From: a virus
Direction: 5' to 3' (one strand)
DNA length: 64,000 nucleotides
Virus record (IMG/VR): IMGVR_UViG_3300046787_000438
Coordinates: 1 to 64,000 of that record
The translations under genes and the position numbers were made by a program. A model generated the notes under the pieces. It ran no database searches. It saw only the letters and a program-made list of their open reading frames with translations, and was not told where the DNA came from. This document shows positions 37,598-48,230 of this stretch, piece after piece (the first letter of the stretch is position 1; each line of letters starts with the position of its first letter).

Positions 37598-40458
37598 TAT
37601 GGAGTTCCTCCATCGATAGTGTCAGCCCAAATAAAGTCGTAATCATCTTCGCTAACTTTTATCAAGACTTGCCCAGCGGAACCGCCAGTAGGAAGTCCAA
37701 CTCCAGGTTGCCCAGTCGGTCCAGTCTCGCCTACGGCTCCAGTAGATCCCGTAGGGCCTATACCCCCCTGGGGGCCAACTTGCGTGTAAGTGACCTGCGT
37801 AGCCGTTAAAATTATAGATGGAATGTGCGGTGCAGGGGATCCAGTAGTATTGTGCAGCAATACTATGTTCGTATTATCGGTTGACCACATTAATTCATAG
37901 TAGTCTCCAGCGACTATCTCAAAGACATAGTTCCAGGCAACTACTATATACGGGTTATTCGTATTTACTGCGGTAGTTCCAGCCGAATCTGCCACGTCTA
38001 CGCCATTTTTACGTAGCCATATTCTTACAGTAGTTCCATTACCTCCGCCACCAGCATTGTGTAATTGGGCAGAAAATTGAATATTGTATACGCCATCACT
38101 ATTAAAAGTTATTCTGGTATTGCCAACTACTGTTACTCCGTTAGCTCCTCCGATCGAGCCATATTTAATGGCGTATGGCGTATTTACACTTCCAGCTACC
38201 TGGGTAGTCTCATCATAGAATGACCCCCAGTAAGCCACTGTTCCTCCTGCGCCAGGGGCTCCAGTTGGACCTATAGAGCCTGTAGCACCAGTTGGTCCCT
38301 GCGCTCCAGTTGGACCACTGTTACCTACAAACCCTTGAGCACCTTGAATACCTTGAATACCCTGTGCTCCAGTTGGGCCTATAGGTCCTGTATCTCCCGT
38401 AAGTCCTGCTTGTCCTGTGGGACCTGTTGGTCCAATATCTCCAGCATCTCCCTGAGCTCCAGTTGGGCCAGCTTCTCCCTGTGGTCCTGTGCTTCCTGTA
38501 TTACCTGCAGGTCCAGTCGTTCCTTGGATGCCTTGTTCCCCTGGAGCACCTTGATCTCCTTGATCACCTTTAAGACCCTGCTCACCTGCAGGCCCAGTTA
38601 TACCTTGAATACCCTGATCACCCTGAGCACCCTGAGGACCAGTAGGGCCAGTTGGGCCAACTTCACCCTGAGGCCCAGTTGGACCGATAGGCCCTTGCTC
38701 TGCAACTGCAACCTCTACCCAGAAACTGTCATAATACATGTAGAACTTAGCGTTGACTGAGTTAAACCAAGAGTCCCCTTCTGAAGGAGACAGCGGGGCA
38801 GTATCTGAAATAGTATAAGCACCCTGCGCACCTGTTGGTCCTGTAGGACCTAAGTCACCCTGGTTACCCTGCTGCCCCTGCGGACCAGTGGGCCCTTGAG
38901 GGAGCACTAAGTCGAGTATTTGATCTGGAGCCTCGCCTGAAATATAGGCAGAAGCTGATTCACCAGGGGCTGTAGTAGTTACGTCACCTATTGATAGCTC
39001 GTTAACGGCACCAGTTGGTCCTGTAACACCCTGAATACCTTGAATACCTTGCGCACCAGTCGGGCCAGTAGGGCCAGTAGGTCCTTGAATACCCTGTTCA
39101 CCCTGAGGTCCTACAATCTGACCAGCATCTACCCAGGAGTCGCCGCTCCAGACGTGCAGATTACCATCTTCATCGACAATGTAGGCATCATTAGTGTCTG
39201 CAGAATCTGGAAGGTCTGCTAGTACGGAAACAGATCCGACAAAATTAATGTTGGTGCCTTGAGGTCCAGTAGGGCCTGTAGATCCAGTCGGGCCTAGGGC
39301 TCCAGTTGGACCAGCTAAGCTTGCATTTACCTCTACCCAGTAGCCGTCGATATATAGATAAAATGCTGCACTAGTCGAGTCAAACCAGCCATCTCCTTCT
39401 TCTGGAGATTCTGGAGGTAGCGTAGAAACGGCAAAATTACCGTCTGGGCCAGTAGCACCAGTTGCGCCAGTCGGGCCAAGGGAGCCTGTCGGTCCTGTAA
39501 TGCTCAGGCCTGCCGCACCGCGAGAACCCGTTGGACCTGTTGCACCTGTGGGCCCTGCCTGACCTGCTGAACCAGTTGGTCCAACAATTGATAGACCTGC
39601 TAGACCCTGCGATCCAGTTGGCCCTTGAATACCCTGAGCACCCTGAGGGCCAGTAGCACCACGAGGTCCTGTAATACTTAGACCAGCTGAACCTTGAGAC
39701 CCAGTAGCACCAGTAGCACCAGTTGGTCCAGTGTCTCCCTTAGCTCCAGTAGATCCTGTTGCCCCGTTTGTACCGTCTCTACCAGCTGCACCTGTTGCGC
39801 CTGTAGGGCCAGCAGCACCAGTCGCGCCTGTAGCACCATTAGTGCCAGCTGCACCTGTCGGGCCTGTAGCACCGTCAACGCCATCGACACCATCAACACC
39901 ATCAGCGCCAGCGGCACCAGTTGGGCCTATAGCACCATCAACACCATCAGTGCCAGCTGCACCTGTCGGGCCTGTAGCACCTTGAATACCCTGTGCACCA
40001 GTAGGTCCTGTAATACTTAGACCTGCTAGACCTCGAGCACCCGTGGCACCTGTAGCACCAGTAGCACCGACTGTGCCAGTTGCACCAGTAGGTCCTGTAA
40101 TACTTAGACCTGCTAGACCTCGAGCACCCGTGGCACCAGTAGCACCGACTGTGCCAGTTGCACCAGTAGGTCCTGTAGCACCATCAATACCATCTGACCC
40201 ATCTGAGCCTCTTGCACCTGTAGCTCCTGTAGCACCCGTAGGACCTACCGAGCCCGTTGGTCCAGGCACGGTAGATGCTGCACCCGTGGCACCTGTAGCA
40301 CCAGTTGCACCTATCGCACCTGCTGGGCCTGTTGCACCTGTGGCACCTATCGCACCTGTGGGGCCTCCAGCTGGTCCTGCGGGACCAGTTGGTCCAGCGG
40401 GTCCCTGAGGTCCAGGACCTTTAATATCTACATATGCAAAGTTATCGGAGAGTGCCAT
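37597..40458 (-). CDS. Collagen-like fibre protein with a C1q/BclA-CTD-like C-terminal domain
   Basis: Extensive GPT/GAT repeats; C-terminal ITF...[23 protein letters not shown] beta-sandwich. Confidence 0.88.
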   Translation of the reverse strand: MALSDNFAYVDIKGPGPQGPAGPTGPAGPAGGPTGAIGATGATGPAGAIGATGATGATGAASTVPGPTGSVGPTGATGATGARGSDGSDGIDGATGPTGATGTVGATGATGARGLAGLSITGPTGATGTVGATGATGATGARGLAGLSITGPTGAQGIQGATGPTGAAGTDGVDGAIGPTGAAGADGVDGVDGVDGATGPTGAAGTNGATGATGAAGPTGATGAAGRDGTNGATGSTGAKGDTGPTGATGATGSQGSAGLSITGPRGATGPQGAQGIQGPTGSQGLAGLSIVGPTGSAGQAGPTGATGPTGSRGAAGLSITGPTGSLGPTGATGATGPDGNFAVSTLPPESPEEGDGWFDSTSAAFYLYIDGYWVEVNASLAGPTGALGPTGSTGPTGPQGTNINFVGSVSVLADLPDSADTNDAYIVDEDGNLHVWSGDSWVDAGQIVGPQGEQGIQGPTGPTGPTGAQGIQGIQGVTGPTGAVNELSIGDVTTTAPGESASAYISGEAPDQILDLVLPQGPTGPQGQQGNQGDLGPTGPTGAQGAYTISDTAPLSPSEGDSWFNSVNAKFYMYYDSFWVEVAVAEQGPIGPTGPQGEVGPTGPTGPQGAQGDQGIQGITGPAGEQGLKGDQGDQGAPGEQGIQGTTGPAGNTGSTGPQGEAGPTGAQGDAGDIGPTGPTGQAGLTGDTGPIGPTGAQGIQGIQGAQGFVGNSGPTGAQGPTGATGSIGPTGAPGAGGTVAYWGSFYDETTQVAGSVNTPYAIKYGSIGGANGVTVVGNTRITFNSDGVYNIQFSAQLHNAGGGGNGTTVRIWLRKNGVDVADSAGTTAVNTNNPYIVVAWNYVFEIVAGDYYELMWSTDNTNIVLLHNTTGSPAPHIPSIILTATQVTYTQVGPQGGIGPTGSTGAVGETGPTGQPGVGLPTGGSAGQVLIKVSEDDYDFIWADTIDGGTP
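38618..38685. repeat. 68-bp exact direct repeat shared with 33902-33969
   Basis: Identical nucleotide string. Confidence 0.9.
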
Positions 40459-40832
40459 TACTTAGTTACCTCAGGTCTCACAATAAATTTTCCTTGAATA
40501 ATTCTCGTAGTTTCACTAGTAGGTGATTCAACCTCTAGGTCATATACGTAAGATTTGGGCTCGTATGCAGCCATGTCCGCAGGTGGAATTAGAAGAGTCA
40601 CTGACCCTGCGGATTGATTTACTGTTAAATAGCCGTTTTGAGTAGTGTATTCGGCAACTATAGTGGTCGCTGGATCCCTGTTTTCCACGTCCCACGATCT
40701 GACTTGCATACGAGCCGTATACCCTGTAAGTGCGATAGGCTTACGCGCTGAGTTTTTGATACCAAAAACTTGGTGCACAGTCGACCCCTGGTCAGTGACC
40801 AGGTCGTGCACGTTGCCGCGAAAATAGCTCAT
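40458..40832 (-). CDS. Fibre adaptor-like protein (paralog of 56317-56679)
   Basis: Shared DQGST..GY.ARMQVR..Y.YDLE..QG.F.VR.EVT. Confidence 0.75.
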   Translation of the reverse strand: MSYFRGNVHDLVTDQGSTVHQVFGIKNSARKPIALTGYTARMQVRSWDVENRDPATTIVAEYTTQNGYLTVNQSAGSVTLLIPPADMAAYEPKSYVYDLEVESPTSETTRIIQGKFIVRPEVTK

Positions 40833-40868
40833 TGCGAGTCCTTACAGGGAGACTAGACTAATCCCTAT

Positions 40869-40877
40869 AATTTTACC
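40869..40877 (-). promoter_or_regulatory. GGTAAAATT promoter motif
   Basis: About 37 nt upstream of the adaptor gene. Confidence 0.5.
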
Positions 40878-40896
40878 GCAGTTTGGCTAAACTGAG

Positions 40897-41619
40897 TTAG
40901 TAGCCCCCAGTATTGACGCCAGACTTGAGAGGGTGCTCACCCTTGTCGAGCTGGTCCTTCCACTCTGCCTGCATCTCTTTTTGTTGAGCTCGGACGCCCT
41001 CTATTTCAGCTTCCCACTCCGCCATGCGTTCTTCAGTATAGGTAGATTCGGCGTAATCCCAGAAAGCCCCAATGGTATGGCGAGTCCCTGACTCTACGAC
41101 CTTTACTTCATGTACGTTACCAATGCCGCCAGGGAAAGTAATTAGCTGCCCTGTTTTTGGCTTGATAGTGATTGGGTGGTCTCGGTAATTCAAATCTCCA
41201 CCGACATAATCATCATTGATGTAGAGCAGGCATACGAGCTTGCTCTTTTCCCAAGCTGACCAGTTACCTTCCATATCTGTGTTGTCTGAGTGGAAAGGGG
41301 CAAACGCCCCTACTTGCCACTTCTGAGCATGAGATGAGACTGATTTGACTGGACGCTGGTGAGCGTCCTCAACTGCCGCCTTCATCCTGTCTGCAAGCTT
41401 ACCTAGGTAGTCAGTAGGTAGGCCGTACTTCTCTAGCAATGGGTCCTCTGGCATGATGCTCATACCGTATGACTCGAAGAACGCTGACATGCTCCAAGGC
41501 TGCTCGGGATCTTCAAAAAATTCTACGATTTTAGCGCATTCTTCGGAAGAGATGAAGTCCTCATATGAGATGATATCTTCTTTGTAGAGAGTCTTTTCAC
41601 CGAACTCAGTGTTTGTCAT
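40897..41619 (-). CDS. Fe(II)/2OG oxygenase (P4H-like fold, Arg-type)
   Basis: HSD ... Y.GG ... HEV-x-R(H+10). Confidence 0.9.
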   Translation of the reverse strand: MTNTEFGEKTLYKEDIISYEDFISSEECAKIVEFFEDPEQPWSMSAFFESYGMSIMPEDPLLEKYGLPTDYLGKLADRMKAAVEDAHQRPVKSVSSHAQKWQVGAFAPFHSDNTDMEGNWSAWEKSKLVCLLYINDDYVGGDLNYRDHPITIKPKTGQLITFPGGIGNVHEVKVVESGTRHTIGAFWDYAESTYTEERMAEWEAEIEGVRAQQKEMQAEWKDQLDKGEHPLKSGVNTGGY

Positions 41620-42085
41620 CTAAATCTCCTTCATAACCTAGCTCTACTAGGAATCTACTGCTGTCAAATCTTTGATTGTCTTTAGAAAATAGCTTAGCAA
41701 ACTCCATAGCTAAGTAGCGATGAGACTCTCCAGAAATTCTTCCAATTACCGACTTTAAAATCTGGCTCGTTTTATGGTAGTCGTCACGAACAAATGTACA
41801 CTCTCCACCACGTGGACGTCTAAGAACTTTAGTGTGTACCTTACCTGTAGGTTCATATAGTTCAATAGTCAAGAAATCTTTAGCAAATCCCCAGTCCGTG
41901 TAGGCTGCGTACCCATTGGCGGCGTTTATTGCATCACCATAGAAGTAGATAGACCTAGCTGGAGACTCTCCATCTCGGGCAATCGTAAGCATGTATGAGT
42001 CAGCAGTTTTACTTACCACTCGATTTCTATAGTCAGAAACCATGTCAACATGCTCTGTCTTTAATTCGCTCATTTGTCGGTCCAT
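41606..42085 (-). CDS. Hypothetical protein within the oxygenase cluster
   Basis: About 155-159 aa, overlapping both neighbours. Confidence 0.65.
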   Translation of the reverse strand: MDRQMSELKTEHVDMVSDYRNRVVSKTADSYMLTIARDGESPARSIYFYGDAINAANGYAAYTDWGFAKDFLTIELYEPTGKVHTKVLRRPRGGECTFVRDDYHKTSQILKSVIGRISGESHRYLAMEFAKLFSKDNQRFDSSRFLVELGYEGDLDDKH

Positions 42086-42933
42086 AGCTCCATGGTTGTA
42101 TACATACTGTTATCATAGATCTTTGGTCTAATGCCAATTCCAGTGAATTTACGTTGCCCAGCGGTGAAGCCACCCATTACAGAGTGGTACATTCTAAATA
42201 GATCGACTATTAAGATGTCGCCTTCTTCCCATAGCTGGGAATATCTAATCTCTAAATTATCATTTAAGTTAGTTTTTAGTACGTCTAGTAGGACATTTAG
42301 CCTATCTACTTGCTCTTCTGTTGGGGGCTTACCGTCCCAAAGGGCAAGTTCTGGCATTAAATAAGAGCCTCGGTCCGTCTCTACCCTAAGTATCTCTTGC
42401 TGAGTTAGAGGGTGCTTATCTACTACTTTAGTGTAGAAAGGTCCAGTGCCATGTGGTGTAGGTTTATCCCATTTCACTATAGATTTAGAAAGAAACTCTC
42501 TATCCTTATTGCTATATAACGCGTACAATTCAGCAGAATCTACGAATCTAGTAGTCCCCGAGCCAGCAGGTGCTGTAAAAGTTGTCATGTGCCACACTCC
42601 AGCGAGTATCGGGTAGACGTAGTATACCTGCTCTATATGCCAATCTAAAACATACTCTTCAGAGGTCTGATTATAGTCTTTATCTACATTGTCAGAGTGC
42701 CCGCCAGGGTATATAGACGTTTCTATAGTAGAGCGAGGAGCATCCGATGACACATTCCAGCCCATGGAGTTACCTAGAGTCTTTGTTAGCTCGACTTGAT
42801 CCTCGAGCGAGAAGTCTCCGCCCCTAATAACTAAAACGCCATCACGTTTAAATACTGCCTTAAGGGCGTCTACGTCACTAAAAAGATCTTCAACAGATGT
42901 AGCTTCAATTATCTTTATCGATTTTTCTGGCAT
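42070..42933 (-). CDS. TauD/TfdA-family Fe(II)/2OG dioxygenase
   Basis: GVLVIRG, WHIE, G.T.FVD, HP.T, W..GD.LI.D...MYH ... R. Confidence 0.85.
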   Translation of the reverse strand: MPEKSIKIIEATSVEDLFSDVDALKAVFKRDGVLVIRGGDFSLEDQVELTKTLGNSMGWNVSSDAPRSTIETSIYPGGHSDNVDKDYNQTSEEYVLDWHIEQVYYVYPILAGVWHMTTFTAPAGSGTTRFVDSAELYALYSNKDREFLSKSIVKWDKPTPHGTGPFYTKVVDKHPLTQQEILRVETDRGSYLMPELALWDGKPPTEEQVDRLNVLLDVLKTNLNDNLEIRYSQLWEEGDILIVDLFRMYHSVMGGFTAGQRKFTGIGIRPKIYDNSMYTTMELWTDK

Positions 42934-42936
42934 TCT

Positions 42937-43812
42937 CTAAATCTCTTCATCTGGCTCGTAGCGGTCTTTTAGATTACCTGACTCTAAAAGCTGGTAGTAC
43001 TCTTTTAGAGTTACTCTCATTTTCATATATGGCTCCATAATTTTCAAATCATGGCGCTTCCTGCGTGAGATCTCTAGTTCTTCAAACTCGTCGCCGTACT
43101 TCTCCTTAAGCTCATGCCAGTCTGGAGTTCCTTCAAAGTTATACATCCAATAGAGTCTAGTTATATATTTAGGTGCTCCATAAATTCTTTTAACGGCGTG
43201 AAAATAAGGGTATCCTGAAGGAAATATTACTAAATCCCCCGCTTTGGGCTTATATTCAAACTCTCGTACAACTTCCCCGTCCTCGATCACGCGGTATGCA
43301 ATTTCTCCACCCTCGTAGTCGTCATTTGGGTATAAGACACCAGTTATGCCGAATTTATCTCCAGGACTGTCGGCAATCTCTGGCATATAATCAGAGTGAT
43401 AGTTCATGGTTAAATGTTCGTTACCATTTAGATTTTCATCAGGTATGTATCTAGCTAGGCCCCAGGGTTGGCATGACCAGTTGGTAAGCGATATCCCCGT
43501 GTGTTCGATATAAAATTTAGTTGCAAAGTGAAATGCCTTAGCCACCTCTAAAAAGTACTTGTCCGCTCCCTGCTCAGTTTCTGCTTTTTTGGCAACATCC
43601 TCCCACTCCTGTAGCGTCGGGAAGTGTGGGTGTGCTATAAAGGTATGTACTCTGCTATCTATTTGACGACCAAAACCGTACCAACCTCTCCAGTCGCCGT
43701 ATTCTTCATAGTAGTCGATATAGTCGTCAGGGTCGGACAGCACGTTGTGGAATACTATTACATTGTCATCTAGTATCTCGACATTTGGATTGTCTTTAGT
43801 GTAGTCTTCCAT
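42937..43812 (-). CDS. Fe(II)/2OG oxygenase, prolyl 4-hydroxylase-like (Lys-type)
   Basis: HSD, YEGGE, HAVKRIYGAPK. Confidence 0.88.
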   Translation of the reverse strand: MEDYTKDNPNVEILDDNVIVFHNVLSDPDDYIDYYEEYGDWRGWYGFGRQIDSRVHTFIAHPHFPTLQEWEDVAKKAETEQGADKYFLEVAKAFHFATKFYIEHTGISLTNWSCQPWGLARYIPDENLNGNEHLTMNYHSDYMPEIADSPGDKFGITGVLYPNDDYEGGEIAYRVIEDGEVVREFEYKPKAGDLVIFPSGYPYFHAVKRIYGAPKYITRLYWMYNFEGTPDWHELKEKYGDEFEELEISRRKRHDLKIMEPYMKMRVTLKEYYQLLESGNLKDRYEPDEEI

Positions 43813-43822
43813 CTAATCCTCG

Positions 43823-44470
43823 TTAAACTTCCATATCAATAAGACTATTTATCGGCATATGCACATGAGTGATTATTGTCTTACGACCACTAATTAGCGG
43901 TCTAGACTCGTGTAAATAGCCTGAGGGGAACACTACAATACTACCAGCCTTGTTTTTTATAGCTATATCTAGCCCTGGCTGCACGATCCCTAGCTCGCCA
44001 CCCTCGTACTCATCATCTAGGTATACAGCGATAGTTACCGTATCTCTACCTGAAACGACCATGTCACGGTGAGGCCCCATGTCTTTGTACTCGTCATACC
44101 TACGAATTCCATACGTATGGGTACCGAAGATCTCTTTATGTAGATGCTCTAGCTCCGAATCAGCTGCTCCATGTGCTTTTAGGTACGTGGCTGTACAAGC
44201 TTCCATCGAGCCCAGGATTGAGTTTAAAACATACTCTGATTTTTCTTTGATTAGTGGATTAGACTCTCTAATCAAATCTGGATAGCTAAGTGTCTTTAAA
44301 TCTCCGTATGGATTTTCTTTTGAGTCATTATTGGCATACCAGGTCTCCCAGGGGGTTACGGATAAGCTATTAATATCCTCTAGAGTTTCCATGACATTAG
44401 CTATCTCTGGAATAGCTCCTGGAAAGTAATAAACGTTCCTATGAAGAACCTCGACCGTTAGTGCAGACAT
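43823..44470 (-). CDS. Fe(II)/2OG oxygenase, prolyl 4-hydroxylase-like (Lys-type)
   Basis: HRD, YEGGE, HESRPLISGRK. Confidence 0.88.
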   Translation of the reverse strand: MSALTVEVLHRNVYYFPGAIPEIANVMETLEDINSLSVTPWETWYANNDSKENPYGDLKTLSYPDLIRESNPLIKEKSEYVLNSILGSMEACTATYLKAHGAADSELEHLHKEIFGTHTYGIRRYDEYKDMGPHRDMVVSGRDTVTIAVYLDDEYEGGELGIVQPGLDIAIKNKAGSIVVFPSGYLHESRPLISGRKTIITHVHMPINSLIDMEV

Positions 44471-44471
44471 G

Positions 44472-45257
44472 TTAGTCCTCGTCTAGGTACTTAGTTGGTC
44501 CAGCGTTCACGTCATTGTATGCTGAACCAGCATTGAACTTTTTACGAGATTCTGGGTCATTTGCATCAAACTCTGGTTGGAAGATGAATCCAGGGAACAT
44601 GTACTTATCCCCGCTCTTCATTAGGTGTACCTGATGCTTATATGGATGAGTAGACGGGAAGATTAGTGCTTGACCAGCTTTAGGCTTGATCGTGAAGTCT
44701 ACTAGTTCAGAATTCGATTGATCATTGACGTCGTCTGCTGGGCGTAGGTGCCCATTTTTTGGGTTACGTAGGTCATACGGTCTGATGATGAATGACAATT
44801 CTCCACCATCGTAGTCATCATTCACATATACAACAATTGACCATTTAATGCTTAGGTCACCAGCCTGCGCGTCAAAGTGGGCACCCATCGCGCAACCTGG
44901 CCTATACTTCATGATACCAGCGAATGGAGAGATATTAGGCTCTCCCTCTTCTTCATGATCTTTATAGAAAGCATGAGAGATATTCTCAATAGCACCTCTG
45001 ATTTGTCCAACAACCCAGCGGACATCTTCAGCACGCTCTGAGGTGAGCTCGTCTAGCCCCTCGAGGTTAAAGTCTTTCTTGCTGCCGAAGCTGTGCCCGT
45101 CTTGTGTATTAGAAAACCAGAACCCCCACTCAGGGATTACGGACTGGACGGTCTCGTCCTCGTCTAGTTCTTCGATTAGTTGGAGTAGGCGTGCTGGGTC
45201 ATCTAGCACATCACCATATAGATATACGTTCTCGTGTAGTTTTTGTTCTAAGTGCAT
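44472..45257 (-). CDS. Fe(II)/2OG oxygenase, prolyl 4-hydroxylase-like (Lys-type)
   Basis: HFD, YDGGE, HQVHLMKSGDK. Confidence 0.88.
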   Translation of the reverse strand: MHLEQKLHENVYLYGDVLDDPARLLQLIEELDEDETVQSVIPEWGFWFSNTQDGHSFGSKKDFNLEGLDELTSERAEDVRWVVGQIRGAIENISHAFYKDHEEEGEPNISPFAGIMKYRPGCAMGAHFDAQAGDLSIKWSIVVYVNDDYDGGELSFIIRPYDLRNPKNGHLRPADDVNDQSNSELVDFTIKPKAGQALIFPSTHPYKHQVHLMKSGDKYMFPGFIFQPEFDANDPESRKKFNAGSAYNDVNAGPTKYLDED

Positions 45258-45259
45258 TA

Positions 45260-45937
45260 CTAATTACTTCCTAAGTGGTTTTTAATTGTCCAAAAGAACG
45301 GGCATACATATCTAATGCCAGATCTAATCTCGGTTACTCCGTGGATGTAGTGCATATCGCCAGGGAAGAAGTATGCAGCTCCAGCCTTAGGCTTAAACTG
45401 AATCCCCTGGTTAGGGAAGTATAACTCGCCGCCCTCGTAGTCGTCGTTGATATAGAAAAGGCCAGCGATGTCATAGTATGGGAAATCGTTTGGCTTGCCA
45501 CGATTCTCACCCTCATGTAGCTCTTTATCGGCATGTGGCTGCTGACGTTGTCCAGGGAGCCATCTAACAATTGCTGGACTAGTTGCGTGAGCGTCTACAT
45601 TGAAGAACGCGTCTACCTTTTCTTTTAGACGAAGCTGCATACCAACAATAGTTTCTGTAATCCTAGGATCTACGCTATTTAGGGTGGGGGCAGTGGCAAC
45701 CCTATGGTCCCAATAGCCAGAGTCGTAAATGACAGTCCCGTCCTCGTTATAATGAGTCTCGGTCTTATCCCAGGTTTGGTTAGTCTTAGCGAACTCAGTT
45801 AAAATTCTGAGCTCATCCTCGGTCATAAAGTTTTCCAGGGAGACAATGTTATCTCTAGAATCACCAAAAAATCCAGATGGTGTGGTTGACTCATAGGGTC
45901 TATCACTACCATTGGTAACATGCGCTGTCATTGCCAT
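45260..45937 (-). CDS. Fe(II)/2OG oxygenase (Arg-type)
   Basis: HAD, YEGGE, HGVTEIRSGIR. Confidence 0.9.
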   Translation of the reverse strand: MAMTAHVTNGSDRPYESTTPSGFFGDSRDNIVSLENFMTEDELRILTEFAKTNQTWDKTETHYNEDGTVIYDSGYWDHRVATAPTLNSVDPRITETIVGMQLRLKEKVDAFFNVDAHATSPAIVRWLPGQRQQPHADKELHEGENRGKPNDFPYYDIAGLFYINDDYEGGELYFPNQGIQFKPKAGAAYFFPGDMHYIHGVTEIRSGIRYVCPFFWTIKNHLGSN

Positions 45938-45951
45938 ATAGCTATCCTACC

Positions 45952-46692
45952 CTACTCGTACTTACGTCGTTCCCAGACTTCGCGTTGATACACGCCTCCG
46001 TCTGGAACTCTATATTTCATGCTATTTTCTTGATTTTTTGCCATCATTTCCATTGGCCCGAACTTGGTAATCGTTTCTGACTCCCAGTTTTCCCGTTTAA
46101 ATGGGAGTATTTGAGCATATGGAGTACCAGCTGGGATAGTGCCCTTGAATCCCTTAGCAATAAAAAATGGCATAGTGCCAGGTAGATGTACTTTATCGTT
46201 ATCGATAATTCCACTAGTGGTTAGGAATGGTAGTTCGAAGCGGTTAAAAGGCTGAGTGTATAGAGCGCTGTAGCCCTCTGGTAGCTCTACGGCCCAATCA
46301 GCCCACCAAGCAAAGTGCTTCTCGTGGTACCCATATGGGTTATGGAATTGAGGCATCGGCATACGTTCTTGGATAAAATCTTTATTTTTTTCGTCCAAAA
46401 CTTTAACTTGGATCTGCCCCGTGGAGTCCTCGTAGAACTCTATATCGCATGGGGTTTTATACATATACCCGCTGCCCATAATATCGTACACTGCTGGGCA
46501 GGCTTTCCATGTAGGGATCTTTCCGCCGCCATTTGGCATTTCCCATGGCTTGCCAGTCATTGGATTTACGGCAAAACGATCTGCGTCTCTATACCAATCT
46601 GGAATAGTCTTTATTGCAGGCCCTGGCTTAGATGGGCTCTCGTTATTGAGCCACGGTCTATTTAGTATAAATTTAGCCTTCTGAGTGTCCAT
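45952..46692 (-). CDS. Hypothetical protein, DUF6065-related/dUTPase-like beta fold
   Basis: TWKACP..D...GY, SGIIDND, IPAGTP..Q.LPFKRE; shares IPAGTP with its neighbour. Confidence 0.55.
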   Translation of the reverse strand: MDTQKAKFILNRPWLNNESPSKPGPAIKTIPDWYRDADRFAVNPMTGKPWEMPNGGGKIPTWKACPAVYDIMGSGYMYKTPCDIEFYEDSTGQIQVKVLDEKNKDFIQERMPMPQFHNPYGYHEKHFAWWADWAVELPEGYSALYTQPFNRFELPFLTTSGIIDNDKVHLPGTMPFFIAKGFKGTIPAGTPYAQILPFKRENWESETITKFGPMEMMAKNQENSMKYRVPDGGVYQREVWERRKYE

Positions 46693-47440
46693 CTGACTCC
46701 CCCTCCTCTACTTCGTAGGTTTGACCAGTGAATGGACACATTACTGTCTTGAGCTTAATTGATTTTGTTTCGTGGGCTCCCACGGTCTCTCCTCTATAAT
46801 CGACAGCATCTCGGTACATTTTTGACCAGTCGCCTACGCCATTCTTAATTTCTTGGATATCACCATACTTGCGGACTTCCTGCCAGTATTCCTGGGCTGG
46901 GAGGCCATCTAAAATTTCCAGGCTGTAGTCCTGCTGTAGAGCACTCAATGATATCGGTAATACTGCGGCAATTGGTGTCCCCGCTGGGATATGTACTTCT
47001 ACATTAGGCTCGGTGAGCCTCCAGGCTATCGGTAACATGTGCATATAAAAGGAAGTACTCATTAGGGTCGTGTAGCACTGAGTCCCTCTTATGAATTGAT
47101 TAGGGACTGGCATAGCTAACATTGTGGTGTCAGAGTCGGTTATTAGTTTCAATCCAGTAGTGAAACTAATAGTGGCGTTTCCTCTACCAGTATTTAGAAA
47201 CTGATGGCCCTCTAAAATTGTTACATGGTCTGGAGTAGTGTCGGTTATCCCGTCCCATATAAATCTAAGATCCTCGGGAAATGATATCCCCCAGCCTAAC
47301 CTGTTAGTTAGATTAATTGGGAAGCACATATAGGCGTGCTTATCATCGGTGCTATCCATCCAGTCTCGACGAGCTTGGAGCTGCTCTATATTAGCTGTCT
47401 TACCTTCATGGAAAAGCTTTTGAACCTTAATAGTACCCAC
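46673..47440 (-). CDS. DUF6065-like protein
   Basis: RDWMD...HAY.CFP....N..GW motif and IPAGTP. Confidence 0.6.
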   Translation of the reverse strand: MGTIKVQKLFHEGKTANIEQLQARRDWMDSTDDKHAYMCFPINLTNRLGWGISFPEDLRFIWDGITDTTPDHVTILEGHQFLNTGRGNATISFTTGLKLITDSDTTMLAMPVPNQFIRGTQCYTTLMSTSFYMHMLPIAWRLTEPNVEVHIPAGTPIAAVLPISLSALQQDYSLEILDGLPAQEYWQEVRKYGDIQEIKNGVGDWSKMYRDAVDYRGETVGAHETKSIKLKTVMCPFTGQTYEVEEGESDGHSEG

Positions 47441-48222
47441 TATGCGTCTGTATCTTCGTAGAATTCTGGACGATGATACTTTTCAGAGAAATCCAACATG
47501 GTGACCATTGAGTACTTGACACCTGACTTCACTGGCATAGCGCGATGAGGGTACATGAAATTTGATGGGAAGATATATACATCTCCAGCGCGAGCCTTTA
47601 TTTGTGCATTTTGCAATCTAAAAAATAGCTCGCCGCCTTCGTAATCATCGTTAGGGAACGCAACTAGTGATACCACACAGTTATACGAGTATCCATGGTC
47701 GTGGTGCTCCTGGAAATGCTGGCCTTCACCGTATCGGACATAGTTAGTGGCCTCCCAGTAGCGTAGCTCTCCGACATTGTAGTGACGAGTGTAATCCTTA
47801 ACTACCTGAAGCTCTCTATATGTTACATCATCTGCTAGCTTCTTTAGAATCTCCCCCGCTTCAGAATTATCGTGCTCTATGTCGGTCTTCTTATATTTAA
47901 AATCAACACAATCGCGATACTCTGGCATCTTCATTTGATAGCCAACCATAGCTTCACGCCAGTCGTAGTTGTTGGATGGGTCGTCTACGACAGACTCTAG
48001 TCGCTTGATGATATCCATCTCTTTAGGAAGAACGTCCCTATAAACCCAAATGCCGCTACCAGGAATCACTTCCTGAGATGACGACCATGTCTGCTCATCT
48101 AAGGTGTACCACTTAGCTAATCGATTTTGTAGATTTTGCTGCTCTTGCTTACCTTTTTGGTCAATAGCGGCGTCTGCTTTTTGCTTTTCCATTAGCTCTT
48201 CTGGAGTCAAGTCCTGTGCCAT
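47440..48222 (-). CDS. Fe(II)/2OG oxygenase, prolyl 4-hydroxylase-like (Lys-type)
   Basis: HHD, YEGGE, HRAMPVKSGVK. Confidence 0.9.
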   Translation of the reverse strand: MAQDLTPEELMEKQKADAAIDQKGKQEQQNLQNRLAKWYTLDEQTWSSSQEVIPGSGIWVYRDVLPKEMDIIKRLESVVDDPSNNYDWREAMVGYQMKMPEYRDCVDFKYKKTDIEHDNSEAGEILKKLADDVTYRELQVVKDYTRHYNVGELRYWEATNYVRYGEGQHFQEHHDHGYSYNCVVSLVAFPNDDYEGGELFFRLQNAQIKARAGDVYIFPSNFMYPHRAMPVKSGVKYSMVTMLDFSEKYHRPEFYEDTDA

Positions 48223-48230
48223 TTTTATCC

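Noticed and set aside
38335-40408. + strand Pro/Ala/Val- or Ser/Cys/Thr-rich ORFs
   Set aside because: Antisense shadows of collagen repeats
29770-40458. Collagens as canonical substrates of collagen-type prolyl 4-hydroxylase
   Set aside because: Pro is almost always at X (Gly-Pro-Thr/Gln), not the Y position targeted by canonical collagen P4H; not excluded, but weaker than the PPFF tracts
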